DNA of 64,000 bases from Bacteroidales bacterium UBA4912 (lineage in GTDB: Bacteria > Bacteroidota > Bacteroidia > Bacteroidales > Dysgonomonadaceae). The notes under the pieces were generated by a model. That model worked only from the letters and a program-made list of their open reading frames with translations. It had not been told where the DNA came from and ran no database searches. The stretch covers positions 13,074-77,073 of the forward strand of contig DHCC01000026.1 in NCBI GenBank assembly GCA_002398875.1, read 5' to 3'. Made by a program: the position numbers and the translations under genes. This document shows, piece by piece, positions 28,450-38,730 of this stretch (positions are counted from its first letter, which is position 1; each line of letters starts with the position of its first letter).

Positions 28450-29043
28450 ATGGATATTTTATTTACAATGTCCGATGAGGAATTAGTTGTTTCTTATGCG
28501 AAGGGCAATGATTCAGCGTTTAACACCCTCCTTGACAGACATAAACAATCAGTTTATAATTATATTCTTTACACAATCAGAGATAATGGTTTAGCAGAAG
28601 ATATTTTTCAGGATACCTTCATTAAAGCTATTGTTACAATTAAACAAGGAAAATATATTGAATCAGGTAAATTCAAAGCATGGGTAATGCGAATTGCTCA
28701 CAACCTGATTATCGATCATTTCCGTCAAAAAAAGAACGAGAATATTATCTCAAACGATGAGTATGAAGCTGACCTTTTTAATAATCCTTCTTTATGCGAG
28801 GACACTATTGAAACACAAATGATAAAAACACAAGTTTTAGATGATGTTAAAAGACTCATCTGCTTTCTACCTGAATCACAGCGTGAAGTATTAGAAATGC
28901 GTTACTATAAGGATCTAAGCTTTAAGGAGATTGCAGAAATTACCGGAGTCAGCATAAATACAGCACTTGGTAGGATGAGATATGCAATTTTAAATATACG
29001 TAAAATGGCAACTGACAATCAGCTGATACTGACGCTAAATTAA
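28450..29043 (+). CDS. RNA polymerase sigma-70 family factor, ECF subfamily
   Basis: Region 2 (DIFQDTFIKA..., WVMRIAHNLIIDHFR) and region 4 HTH (LSFKEIAEITGVSINTALGRMRYA). Length 197 aa. Confidence 0.8.
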   Translation: MDILFTMSDEELVVSYAKGNDSAFNTLLDRHKQSVYNYILYTIRDNGLAEDIFQDTFIKAIVTIKQGKYIESGKFKAWVMRIAHNLIIDHFRQKKNENIISNDEYEADLFNNPSLCEDTIETQMIKTQVLDDVKRLICFLPESQREVLEMRYYKDLSFKEIAEITGVSINTALGRMRYAILNIRKMATDNQLILTLN

Positions 29044-29044
29044 A

Positions 29045-29075
29045 TAAAAAAAGCCCCGTTCTATAGGGGCTTTTA
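29045..29075 (+). terminator. Rho-independent terminator after the sigma factor gene
   Basis: A-run, stem AAGCCCC / GGGGCTT, then a T-run, immediately after the stop codon. Confidence 0.7.
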
Positions 29076-29968
29076 GTTATAGGGTAGGAGTTCTCATCGT
29101 TATGCACATTTCAGCGCAAATGATGAAGATGTATTCAATACTTTAGTAGTCATTTCAAAAAACATTGAGATAGAAAATTGAACTTTGAGGTTCATTTCTT
29201 CCCTATGAGCGAATACTTCAGAATGCGGATACTTCAAATAACTTCTTGATCAATGTTTTAAATTGATTAAATAGTCCTGAGAAGTCTTATATATCATTCG
29301 GCTCGATAACATTGAATCGTTTGATACTAATTTTTCCGAATTGTGAAGCAGAATAAATAATACGAATGTAATATTGTACTCAGCTTTTGAATTTCTTACC
29401 GTCGTTTTTAACCACTAATGGTAGTAAGCGATGTAGTAAAAAAATCAATCTTTCGAATTACTAAAAAAGAATTTACAATCAGCTGCTTCTGTTTATTGAT
29501 GTAAAACAAAACTTTTTAAATCTTATAGTGAATCTTAAACTGAAAACAACTGCAGTTACAAATTCTCAATTGCTAAAGATTTTTCATTCAGTTCATCTAA
29601 ATTAAACAATTAAATTTTATTTGTCATAAACATTGGAGGTTGAACAAGCAATTTCATTCACCTCTAGAATAAAAATCTTATTATCATGTGCAAAATGTCA
29701 AAGAACTCCTATTTCTTCTAATTATAAAACGATCTGTCTATCGTTTTTGTTCATTGCAAATATAAAGTTTATATCAAAAAATATGCAAATATTTTTACAT
29801 GTATTTATAAACAACTTACGAACAGGTTTTCGACAACATATCAACAAGTTACCAACATTCCCCTTAAATCCTTATTACAAGCTATATTCTATTGAGATTT
29901 TAATCTATTTATTTGATTAAAATTCTTATCTGTTCCTAAACTTATAGTTTTTATCCTTAATTGGGAAA

Positions 29969-30322
29969 TTATTGTTCAGCCAGCGATGAAGTAAATTGTA
30001 AACCAATAATTGAAATAATGAGTGTGCTAAGAAAAAATATTCTCCAGAAGGTAACTGGTTCTTTAAAAAATAAAATTCCAAGAACTACTGTTCCAACAGC
30101 TCCAATTCCTGCCCAGACCGCATAGGCGGTACCAGTAGAAATTGGATGGGGACCACCCATTGATTTGTAAAGTAAGAACATACTTAACCCAACACAAACC
30201 ATAAAGGAAACAAACCACCATAGCATTTCTTTTCCGGTGGTTTGCTGCATTTTTCCAAGACTCATGGCAAACAAGGATTCAAATATTCCTCCAATAATTA
30301 AAACTACCCAATTGATATTCAT
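29969..30322 (-). CDS. SMR family small multidrug/guanidinium-type exporter
   Basis: Four TM helices in 117 aa. The conserved membrane-embedded Glu in TM1 is present (IIGGIFESLFAMSLGK). Confidence 0.75.
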   Translation of the reverse strand: MNINWVVLIIGGIFESLFAMSLGKMQQTTGKEMLWWFVSFMVCVGLSMFLLYKSMGGPHPISTGTAYAVWAGIGAVGTVVLGILFFKEPVTFWRIFFLSTLIISIIGLQFTSSLAEQ

Positions 30323-30483
30323 GTCACTAAATATTTACTCTATGTGTTTTAAATTAAATGTTGTTAGAAAAAAATTTAATTGTGATAAAATGATAAATCA
30401 TTCTACCACAATTAACTTAGTTTATATCTAATATTGACAAGTCAAAAATAGTGTATGTTTTCCAACTTATAAAACATTAAAAA

Positions 30484-32016
30484 CTAAGATGGGGGATTTC
30501 CATGTTTTTTAGGAGGATTACTTTCGGTCTTGTTTGCAGTCATCTCTAACCCCTGAATTAGCTTTAATCTAGTGTCTTCAGGTAGTATGATTTCATCGAT
30601 ATAACCTTTTTCAGCAGCCCTGTAGGGGTTTGAGAACAGTTCACTATATTCATTTATTGCATTCTGTCGCTCATCACCTACAGAAGACCGGTAAAGAATG
30701 TTTACTGCACCTTCTGCACCCATAACTGCTATCTCTGCATTGGGGTAGGCAAGATTCAAATCAGCACCTGATTCTTTTGATGACATCACAACATAAGCAC
30801 CACCGTAAGCTTTACGTGTTATAAGCGTTATCTTTGGAACAGTTGCCTCAACATACGCATACATGATTTTGGCGCCATGTCGAATTATGCCGTTATGTTC
30901 CTGATCCCTTCCCGGTAAAAATCCGGGTACATCAACAAAAGTAATTATTGGAATATCAAAACAATCACAAAAACGAATAAATCTGGCCGCCTTATCAGAG
31001 GCATCAATATCAAGAACGCCCGCCAGATAAGCTGGTTGATTAGCAACAATGCCAACAGGTTTTCCTCCCATTCTTGCGTAGCCAATCACAACATTCTGTG
31101 CATATTGCGGCATTATTTCAAAGAAATAGTTCTCGTCAACCACTTCTTCGATCAATTTTTTCATATCATAAGGAATATTGGAATCTTGCGGAATAAGCTT
31201 CTGTATATTCTGTGTCTTACGATTAACAGTGTCTTTTGTAGTTGTCAGAGGAGGATCTTCCATGTTGTTTGAAGGAAGAAAACTGATTAACTCCCTGATC
31301 ATCATAAGTGTTTCTTCTTCATCATTACCAACAAAATGAGCAACACCACTCTTGGAAGAATGGACAGAAGCGCCACCAAGCTCTTCTTTAGTTAACTCTT
31401 CGTGAGTAACTGTTTTTACAACATCAGGACCGGTAACAAACATATAACTTTCGTCTCTAACCATAAAGATGAAGTCGGTAAGAGCAGGTGAATAACAAGC
31501 ACCACCTGCGCATGGTCCCAGTATCGCTGAAATCTGAGGTATTACACCTGATGACTTCACATTATTATTAAATATTTCGGAGTATCCGCTAAGTGCCATT
31601 ACTCCTTCTTGAATTCTGGCACCACCGGAGTCATTCAACGCAATGATCGGAGCACCGTTTTTGAGTGCCAACTTCTGAATTTTTACAATTTTATTAGCAT
31701 TAGTGCGCGAAAGAGATCCACCGTAAACAGTAAAATCGTAAGCATAAACGTAAACAAGTCGTCCTTCAATTTTTCCATAACCGGTTACAACACCGTCGCC
31801 AAGGACCCGATTTTCCTGCATATTGTAGTTGTGTGAGTCATGCAGTACGAACTTATCTGTCTCAACAAATGTGTCATCATCCAAGAGCATTTTGATTCTC
31901 TCTCTTGCCGTTTGTTTACCGGCTTTTTTCTGTTTAGCTATAGCCTTTTCGCCACCTCCCAATTCAGCAGCTCTGTCTTTCTCTTTAAAGCTTTTATATA
32001 TTTCGTCTAAAGTCAT
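30484..32016 (-). CDS. Acyl-CoA carboxylase carboxyltransferase (beta) subunit
   Basis: Two crotonase-like CT halves. Motifs SGGARIQEG and GGAYVVM are typical of propionyl-/methylmalonyl-CoA carboxyltransferases. Length 510 aa. Confidence 0.85.
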   Translation of the reverse strand: MTLDEIYKSFKEKDRAAELGGGEKAIAKQKKAGKQTARERIKMLLDDDTFVETDKFVLHDSHNYNMQENRVLGDGVVTGYGKIEGRLVYVYAYDFTVYGGSLSRTNANKIVKIQKLALKNGAPIIALNDSGGARIQEGVMALSGYSEIFNNNVKSSGVIPQISAILGPCAGGACYSPALTDFIFMVRDESYMFVTGPDVVKTVTHEELTKEELGGASVHSSKSGVAHFVGNDEEETLMMIRELISFLPSNNMEDPPLTTTKDTVNRKTQNIQKLIPQDSNIPYDMKKLIEEVVDENYFFEIMPQYAQNVVIGYARMGGKPVGIVANQPAYLAGVLDIDASDKAARFIRFCDCFDIPIITFVDVPGFLPGRDQEHNGIIRHGAKIMYAYVEATVPKITLITRKAYGGAYVVMSSKESGADLNLAYPNAEIAVMGAEGAVNILYRSSVGDERQNAINEYSELFSNPYRAAEKGYIDEIILPEDTRLKLIQGLEMTANKTESNPPKKHGNPPS

Positions 32017-32027
32017 TATAACTCTTA

Positions 32028-32531
32028 TTAATTGGTTTTAAAAGTAATGAGCAACTGATCACGGAGAACTGAATCTCCCTCTTCAATATGGATCTTTTCC
32101 ACAATTGCATCCTGAGCGGCGCTATATGTGCTCTGCATCTTCATTGCCTCTACAACTATCAGTGGATCACCCTGTTTGACTTCCATATCCTCAGTTACCA
32201 ATATTTTAATTACTTTGCCGGGCATAGGTGAAATTATTGTTTCCTGAATTTCATCAACAGATGACTGTCGACCTCTAAGGTATTTTTTCTGTGGATTAGA
32301 AAGTTCAATATCAAAATGACGGAAATTAGTCGTAATTGAATATTTACCTTCTGAATGCCTCACAGATTCAGCGTTATAAGAACGTCCTTCATAAATAATA
32401 GAACAAAAACCGCTCTCTGACATCACCACATCAATATCATATATTTTTCCATCCACAGAAATCTCAACTTTGTTTCCATCTTTCGATATCATCTCAACAT
32501 CTCGAATTCTGTTGTCTATCTTTGCTCTCAT
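32028..32531 (-). CDS. Biotin carboxyl carrier protein (biotin/lipoyl attachment domain)
   Basis: C-terminal biotinyl domain with the EAMKM motif (VVEAMKMQS). The start overlaps the accC stop. Confidence 0.85.
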   Translation of the reverse strand: MRAKIDNRIRDVEMISKDGNKVEISVDGKIYDIDVVMSESGFCSIIYEGRSYNAESVRHSEGKYSITTNFRHFDIELSNPQKKYLRGRQSSVDEIQETIISPMPGKVIKILVTEDMEVKQGDPLIVVEAMKMQSTYSAAQDAIVEKIHIEEGDSVLRDQLLITFKTN

Positions 32532-34033
32532 ATTCTTAAAACTCCTTTTTGTTTACCAAATGCACGCCATCTGTTTATGGGTTGATTGTCTGCTATCGTA
32601 GATTGAGAATCATTACTATTTACAACATAGTCAATATAGGCTGCAATGATTGCAATATCTTCAATTTCATCCTCTAGTTCATTACCTTTTTGTAGTTTAT
32701 TTGCGTTGTCATCAATGAAATGAGTGGTATAATTGCCTTGAACAAATTCACGGTTGTCCATAATACGCCGGAGATAATCTATATTTGTTTTCACTCCTGT
32801 AATCTTATATTCGTACAAAACCCTGCGCATACGTTCCAATGCTACGTCACGATTTGTTGCCCATACGATAAGCTTACTTATCATTGAATCATAATAGATA
32901 GATATCTCATAACCGGTATAGATATGTGTGTCAATACGTACACCTAAACCTTTGGGTGTCTGAATTGAATGAATAACTCCGGGCGCAGGTGCAAAATTGT
33001 TTTCTGTATCCTCTGCATAAATCCTGCACTCAATTGCATGACCGCGCTGATGCAGCTGACTCTGTCTGAAGCTTAGTTTCCTTCCGTTAGCAATATTTAT
33101 CTGCTCTTTTACGATATCAACACCAAGTACTTCCTCCGTTATAGGATGTTCAACCTGTAACCGGGTATTCATCTCGAGAAAATAAAAGTTCATATCATTA
33201 TCTACAAGAAACTCAATAGTTCCTGCACCAACATAATTGATCGATTTAGCTGCTTTTACAGCAATGGCTCCCATTGCAAGACGAGTTTTATTATCGATAA
33301 AAGGAGAAGGACTTTCCTCGATAATCTTCTGATGACGACGCTGTACAGAGCATTCACGGTCAAACAGATGCACAACATTGCCATGAGTATCACCCAAAAA
33401 CTGTATCTCTACATGGTGTGGGGATTCTATATATTTCTCAATATAAACCGAATCGTTACCAAATGATGCCATAGCTTCAGATTTAGCAGCATCATAAGCC
33501 TCTTGCAAATGCTTCTCTTCGTAAACAAGTCGCATTCCTTTACCACCTCCGCCTGCAGTTGCTTTAATTATAACCGGCAGTCCAATTTTGCGGCACACCT
33601 TAAACAGGTCTTTCGGTTTCAGGTCTTCCGACGTGCCTGGCACTACTGGTACTTTTGCCTCAATCATTTTCTTGCGGGCGGAGATCTTATCACCCATTGC
33701 CTCTATACTTTCAGCAGAGGGCCCTATAAAAATAATGCCCTCCTCTTTACAGCGGCGGGCAAATGTGGCATTCTCACTAAGAAATCCATAACCCGGATGA
33801 ATAGCATCAACCTTAAACGTCTTTGCAGCATCAATGATTTTATCAACATTCAGATAGCTGTCACTTGCAGATGCCAATCCTATTTTTACGGCTTCATCAG
33901 CGTATGTAACATGCCTTGAAGTCCTGTCAACTTCTGAATAAACGGCAACAGTCTGTATGCCCATCTCTTTGCAAGTTCGCATAACACGTACGGCAATTTC
34001 ACCGCGGTTTGCGACAAGTATTTTCTGTATCAT
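32528..34033 (-). CDS. accC: Biotin carboxylase (ATP-grasp) subunit of acyl-CoA carboxylase
   Basis: MIQKILVANRGEIAVRVMRTCKEMGI. Glycine-rich loop GGGGKGMR. EMNTRLQVEHPITE. Confidence 0.9.
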   Translation of the reverse strand: MIQKILVANRGEIAVRVMRTCKEMGIQTVAVYSEVDRTSRHVTYADEAVKIGLASASDSYLNVDKIIDAAKTFKVDAIHPGYGFLSENATFARRCKEEGIIFIGPSAESIEAMGDKISARKKMIEAKVPVVPGTSEDLKPKDLFKVCRKIGLPVIIKATAGGGGKGMRLVYEEKHLQEAYDAAKSEAMASFGNDSVYIEKYIESPHHVEIQFLGDTHGNVVHLFDRECSVQRRHQKIIEESPSPFIDNKTRLAMGAIAVKAAKSINYVGAGTIEFLVDNDMNFYFLEMNTRLQVEHPITEEVLGVDIVKEQINIANGRKLSFRQSQLHQRGHAIECRIYAEDTENNFAPAPGVIHSIQTPKGLGVRIDTHIYTGYEISIYYDSMISKLIVWATNRDVALERMRRVLYEYKITGVKTNIDYLRRIMDNREFVQGNYTTHFIDDNANKLQKGNELEDEIEDIAIIAAYIDYVVNSNDSQSTIADNQPINRWRAFGKQKGVLRI

Positions 34034-34124
34034 CTAAATATTTATACTCCTTAATGATTTTTAAAACGGATATATAAACAACAAATATTTATACTATTTG
34101 TTTTATTGTGATACAGTTTTAGTG

Positions 34125-37100
34125 CTATTCTTTCCAGCTGTAGTGTACTATACTTCCACGCTCAGAGTCGTTTTCGATGCGAAGATGAACCTCTATTTCC
34201 TGCTGCATTTCTTCCACATGAGATATTACACCAACAATACGATTCTCTTTACGTAATGTTTTAAGGGTGTCAAAAACAACGCTCAGCGACTCCTTATCAA
34301 GTGAACCGAAACCTTCATCTAAAAAGAAGAAGTTTTGATTTGATTGTGTGATTTTCTGTATATTATCAGCAAGTGCAAGTGCCAGAGATAAAGAAGCTTG
34401 GAAAGTCTGTCCTCCTGAAAGTGTTTTTACGCTTCTCTCTTTTCCGCCATTCATAAAGTCGCGTATTTGGAAGTTATTATCGGGAGTGATCTCCAGACTC
34501 AAATTTTGTCTGGTCAACTGAAAGAATCTGTCGTTGGCTGCATTACACAGGTTTTGTAAATATACAGATGAGATATAGTTCACAAAACCACTGGCCTTAA
34601 ACAGACTTTTCATAGTCTTCAGATTCTCTGCTCTCATTTCAACCTCTTTAAGTTCTTTACGTAAAGCAGCCTGAGTCTCCAGATTTTTCTGCAAAACTCT
34701 CAAATTCAATGTTATCTCAACCTGCTCTTTGTTTAGTGTAGCAAGTTGTTCGCTGAACAGCTTAATTTCACTGATTAGTTTATCATGACCTTCTTTATCG
34801 TAGTAACGCTCACCAACCTGATTCTGAAGTTGTTCATAAGCAGACCTGCATTTCAGCAGATTGTTGTTGAACTCCTCAACTCTTTTTTTCTCCTGCTGAA
34901 TGTTGATCGAATCAGATAGAATTGATTTTACCTCATCAATAGATTTAAAGTCTGATTTTGCCAACTCTGATTCAATATTTCTTTCAAGATGTTTTATCGC
35001 AGACTGTTCTTTGTCCAGTTCAGAAATATTAGTTTCAATTCTACCTTTTAATATGTCCCTAAGCTTTTTCTCTTCTTGAAGTTGTTTATTGTAACGTACA
35101 AAAGAATTTTCAATACGCTCATATTCATTAATTAACCCGGTTCTTTCATCATTAATAACACTCTCAGTGTTCACTTTATAGTCATCGTAATTGATTATTC
35201 TCAATTGCTGTATCAAAGTGTTCAGTTCTGTTTTATTGATTGTAAGTGAGTTTTTAAGCCCTTCAAGCTTTATTCTGGCAAGCTCAAGAGTCTTCTCCTG
35301 TTTGTTTAGTTCTTTTACTGCCTCCTGTAATTCCAACTCATAAGATTTAATTTGCGCCTGTATATGCTCCACCTCACTAAAAGCAGAATCAAGCTCTTCC
35401 ACTTGCTTAAACTTATCCCAGGTAAAAAGTTTCAAATGATCAGATAAATTATTGAGAAGCGAATCTTTAGATTTACTAAGTTCTCCAAGATTATTAACCG
35501 TTTCTTTGTGACTAACTTCAATCAGACTGATCTGCCTGCTGATTGAAGAAATTGCCTGTAAATCTTTTTCTAACGCAAACTTTTCTTTTTTAATACCCTC
35601 CAAAAGTTCTTTTATATCCTCACTCTTAAAAATTTGGGGATGATGTAAAGATCCGCAGAGAGGGCAGGGCATGTTCTCCTCCAGATTTTCTGCATAAGCT
35701 TCCAATCGCGCCTTAACTAAAATGTGGCTCTCATGCTCAATCAGCCCATTCTGTCTTTTTTTAATGTCAGCAGCAGATATCTCAAGAAGTTGATTACACT
35801 CACTAAAGCTCATTTCCGGTTTAATTGCACCATTCAGTATTGGCTCTTTAACAAGAATGTCTTTTTGACTGATTAGCTCATTTGCCTTCCTTTTATACTT
35901 TTCTGAATCTCTGTCGATTTCCGATATCTGCCGTTCAATTGTATTCTTTTCATTGTACCAGCTCCGGATTTTATTTAACAGAGTGACATCGGGCATATTT
36001 TTTCTTAACTCGCTCAGACTACTCTCAATCTTTTCCCTTTCTTTTTTTAAATCTGCAACAATCAGGTTAGTATTATTCCAGTACTCAGTTCCCTTTTCAA
36101 CTCTTGATGTATTTTCAACAACAGCGTCGTCAAGTTTTTTTACTTTTAATACTGTGTTCAGTTCATCAGCTTTTCTTTTTAATTCCTCACGCTTGTCATA
36201 TTGTGGTTTAAGCTCTTCTAAATCTTTTTCCAGCTTATCTATAATTTCGTTATGAGAATTAAGATTTTTATTATCCGATTCAATCTGATTACTGCGAAGC
36301 TGAACCCTGTTCCTCTGTTCTTTTAATGAGTCGAGCAGATGCTTAAAACTCAATACGCACAGTTCATACCTCTCAATATTTTTTTTCAGCTGAATAAATT
36401 CAGGTGCTTTCCGAACCAAACCATTCAGTATTGTCTCAGCTTCGTCTCTCTTAATAATCAGATCCTTAAAACTTCTTAGCTTTTCCTCTTCCATTTGAAG
36501 TCCTGTTATTTTTATGTTTAGCTCTTTAATACTTTTATCAAGATCTGAAAGTTGTAGGCTGTAAATGTTAATCTGCTCAGGATCAAGTAAACCCAGTTGC
36601 TGAAGCTGGCCATTTATATTGTTTTTCTTATCATTGTTTTTGTTGTCAAGAGAAACCACCTTGTAATAAAACTCAAACTTCTGAAGGTTGAACAGCTCCT
36701 TCATCATTGTAGTTCTGTCTTTGTTTCCCAGTTGAAGAAATTCCTGGAACTGACCCTGAGGTATTATTATTGTACGTTTAAAATTGACAAAATTCAGCCC
36801 TATCGCATTTTCCAGCTCACCTACTTCAATTGGAATCCATTGATTATCTACTTTCCTGTAGGCAGTATGTTCCAGTGTTTTTACTTCCTCAAAACGTTTA
36901 CTGTTTCGTTTGCCCCTTACCATTGCCCGGTAAGCAGTCTGATCTTTCCCTGTTTCAAAAATAAAATCGATGAATAACTCGTTGGATTTAAGGTTCATCA
37001 TGTTATAATAACGATTGTCCCCCGAAATATTCAGCTTATCGGTCTTACCATAAATGGCATAAGTTATTGCTTCCAGAATAGATGATTTACCGCTTCCAAC

Positions 37101-37208
37101 CGAACCAAATATGCCAAACAGCCCCGCATCAGTAAGTTTCCTGAAATCTATTGTCTGTCTTTTCTGATATGAGTATAATCCTTCAATTGTCAGTTCTATA
37201 GGTATCAT
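34125..37208 (-). CDS. sbcC: SbcC/Rad50-like DNA repair ATPase
   Basis: Walker A GSVGSGKSS. Long coiled coil with a central zinc hook CPLCGS. Signature LSGGQTF. Walker B FFFLDEGFGSLD. Overlaps the sbcD stop. Confidence 0.85.
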   Translation of the reverse strand: MIPIELTIEGLYSYQKRQTIDFRKLTDAGLFGIFGSVGSGKSSILEAITYAIYGKTDKLNISGDNRYYNMMNLKSNELFIDFIFETGKDQTAYRAMVRGKRNSKRFEEVKTLEHTAYRKVDNQWIPIEVGELENAIGLNFVNFKRTIIIPQGQFQEFLQLGNKDRTTMMKELFNLQKFEFYYKVVSLDNKNNDKKNNINGQLQQLGLLDPEQINIYSLQLSDLDKSIKELNIKITGLQMEEEKLRSFKDLIIKRDEAETILNGLVRKAPEFIQLKKNIERYELCVLSFKHLLDSLKEQRNRVQLRSNQIESDNKNLNSHNEIIDKLEKDLEELKPQYDKREELKRKADELNTVLKVKKLDDAVVENTSRVEKGTEYWNNTNLIVADLKKEREKIESSLSELRKNMPDVTLLNKIRSWYNEKNTIERQISEIDRDSEKYKRKANELISQKDILVKEPILNGAIKPEMSFSECNQLLEISAADIKKRQNGLIEHESHILVKARLEAYAENLEENMPCPLCGSLHHPQIFKSEDIKELLEGIKKEKFALEKDLQAISSISRQISLIEVSHKETVNNLGELSKSKDSLLNNLSDHLKLFTWDKFKQVEELDSAFSEVEHIQAQIKSYELELQEAVKELNKQEKTLELARIKLEGLKNSLTINKTELNTLIQQLRIINYDDYKVNTESVINDERTGLINEYERIENSFVRYNKQLQEEKKLRDILKGRIETNISELDKEQSAIKHLERNIESELAKSDFKSIDEVKSILSDSINIQQEKKRVEEFNNNLLKCRSAYEQLQNQVGERYYDKEGHDKLISEIKLFSEQLATLNKEQVEITLNLRVLQKNLETQAALRKELKEVEMRAENLKTMKSLFKASGFVNYISSVYLQNLCNAANDRFFQLTRQNLSLEITPDNNFQIRDFMNGGKERSVKTLSGGQTFQASLSLALALADNIQKITQSNQNFFFLDEGFGSLDKESLSVVFDTLKTLRKENRIVGVISHVEEMQQEIEVHLRIENDSERGSIVHYSWKE

Positions 37209-38431
37209 TCTTCATCCTCCTCTGCAAGAATCTCTCTGAAAATATTCATTATATCATCACTCGGTTCCTGTCCATTTTCGTGAGTAAAATAATCACTGAA
37301 TAGTGACTCCATTCTTCTGTTAAGATCTATCTGTTTCTGTCTGTTTTCAACCCTCAGATCATGATTAATAACCTCCGGTATGATTGTTACAATACCATGA
37401 TGAGCACTATTCAGCTTTCTTCTTTCCAGAGGAGTTATAAAAGTATTCGTTACTAATGTCAGTTCCACCAATGCCTCTTGATTTTCAGTAAGCCATTCTA
37501 CAGCCTCTTCAATACCATTGGCACGTTTTCTCAAAAGTGGTCTCACATTATGCAATTCAACCTTCTTTACATCAGCTTTTTCTCCCGGTTCCACATCTAC
37601 AAGTAATACATACTTTTTCTGATTTGCTTCTGAAAAGCTATAAGAAATAGGACTACCGCTATAATAAACAGGCGATATTGAATCATTCACTTCTTGCATT
37701 CTGTGAAGGTGTCCCAGTGCAGTGTATTGAATCTGTGCAGGAATATTTTCAGTAAATATTGCCTGAGCACCACCCACGTGCAATATAGGTTTTTCATCCT
37801 CAGGTTCCTCAGGCACAGGCCCGTCTTTTTTAATCATAAAAAGATGAGAGACAAGAATATTAACGCCCCTGTTGTCACAATATCTATCAGCCAGGTTTTG
37901 CCAATGATTTTGCAGCACTTTCCGAAGTTCAGAATCACTATCCTCCGCATCAAGAAACTGTTTCAGTCTGAATTCATTAGCATAAGGAGTAAGAATAATC
38001 CTAGCAGGAAAATCCTTCACGGGAAGCATCAATTCTATAAAACCCTCCTCAGACTGTGTTACCTTTAAACCCGTTTCCAGTTCAAAAATCGGAACCAAAG
38101 TATTCGGATAACCGGCAAAGATGATTCCACATTCCCGTGCAAGCGGATCGGGAGCCTCTATTCTGTCAGGTGAGTCGTGATTACCTGCAATTGCTATAAC
38201 CGCTCGAAGCCCCCCATTCGTAAGCTTTTTCAAAGTTTTGTATAACAGGTCAACCGCCTCTGTCGGAGGATTGAAAGTGTCATAAATATCACCTGAAACA
38301 AGTACAATATCAGCCTGTTCGCGATCAGCTATTTCACAAATTTCATTCATTACAACCTGTTGTTCTTCAAGACGCGAAAAATCTTCCAGTCGTTTACCCA
38401 AATGCCAGTCTCCCGTGTGTAGAATCCTCAT
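37205..38431 (-). CDS. sbcD: SbcD/Mre11-like nuclease
   Basis: Calcineurin-like phosphoesterase motifs MRILHTGDWHLGK, SGDIYD, AGNHDS, GHLH. Confidence 0.85.
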   Translation of the reverse strand: MRILHTGDWHLGKRLEDFSRLEEQQVVMNEICEIADREQADIVLVSGDIYDTFNPPTEAVDLLYKTLKKLTNGGLRAVIAIAGNHDSPDRIEAPDPLARECGIIFAGYPNTLVPIFELETGLKVTQSEEGFIELMLPVKDFPARIILTPYANEFRLKQFLDAEDSDSELRKVLQNHWQNLADRYCDNRGVNILVSHLFMIKKDGPVPEEPEDEKPILHVGGAQAIFTENIPAQIQYTALGHLHRMQEVNDSISPVYYSGSPISYSFSEANQKKYVLLVDVEPGEKADVKKVELHNVRPLLRKRANGIEEAVEWLTENQEALVELTLVTNTFITPLERRKLNSAHHGIVTIIPEVINHDLRVENRQKQIDLNRRMESLFSDYFTHENGQEPSDDIMNIFREILAEEDEE

Positions 38432-38591
38432 AGTTTAATGTTCTTAACGCAAATATTATGAAAGCAGTCAAGAAAATTGAGCATGCTTGCATAATCCAGG
38501 GCGCATACAATGTTGTACAAATATAACATTAACCAATGATTTAACTGGTTTCTTAATACATCAAAAAGAATAAACAAATACTTTGCCCATA

Positions 38592-38650
38592 GATCACTTA
38601 TAGGTCACTTATATATAGCTTATCTGTATATAAGCTATGTATAAGCGATC
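38592..38650. repeat. Composite array of five 11-bp-phased CTTATA-core units forming an imperfect palindrome
   Basis: Read directly: GATCACTTATA GGTCACTTATA TATAGCTTATC TGTATATAAGC TATGTATAAGC GATC. The outer arms GATCACTTATA and TATAAGCGATC are near-perfect inverted copies. The inner ATAGCTTAT / ATAAGCTAT is a perfect 9-bp inverted repeat. Confidence 0.6.
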
Positions 38651-38730
38651 TTTGGTTAAAGTAGTACCGGATTTACTTTGATATGATACCAAAAATCATT
38701 AATATTGTAAAGATTAAATACTTAAATTAT

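Noticed and set aside
29633-29920. A 95-aa ORF in the long spacer.
   Set aside because: It starts at TTG, has no plausible promoter or ribosome context, and has the Ile/Phe/Asn/Lys-rich low-complexity composition expected from translating AT-rich non-coding DNA.
30323-30483. A guanidine (ykkC, mini-ykkC or guanidine-III) riboswitch upstream of the SMR exporter.
   Set aside because: The 160-nt leader is very AT-rich. I found no GC-rich paired elements or conserved ACGR/GGGA-type loops by eye. An Rfam scan would settle it.
34125-38431. Whether the large ATPase plus nuclease pair is a defence system (Lamassu, Gabija or Wadjet-like).
   Set aside because: The pair carries the canonical SbcC features (Walker A/B, LSGGQ, CxxC zinc hook in a long coiled coil) and SbcD phosphoesterase motifs. 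The genes overlap in the standard sbcDC order, and no additional effector genes are present. This is a housekeeping repair complex.
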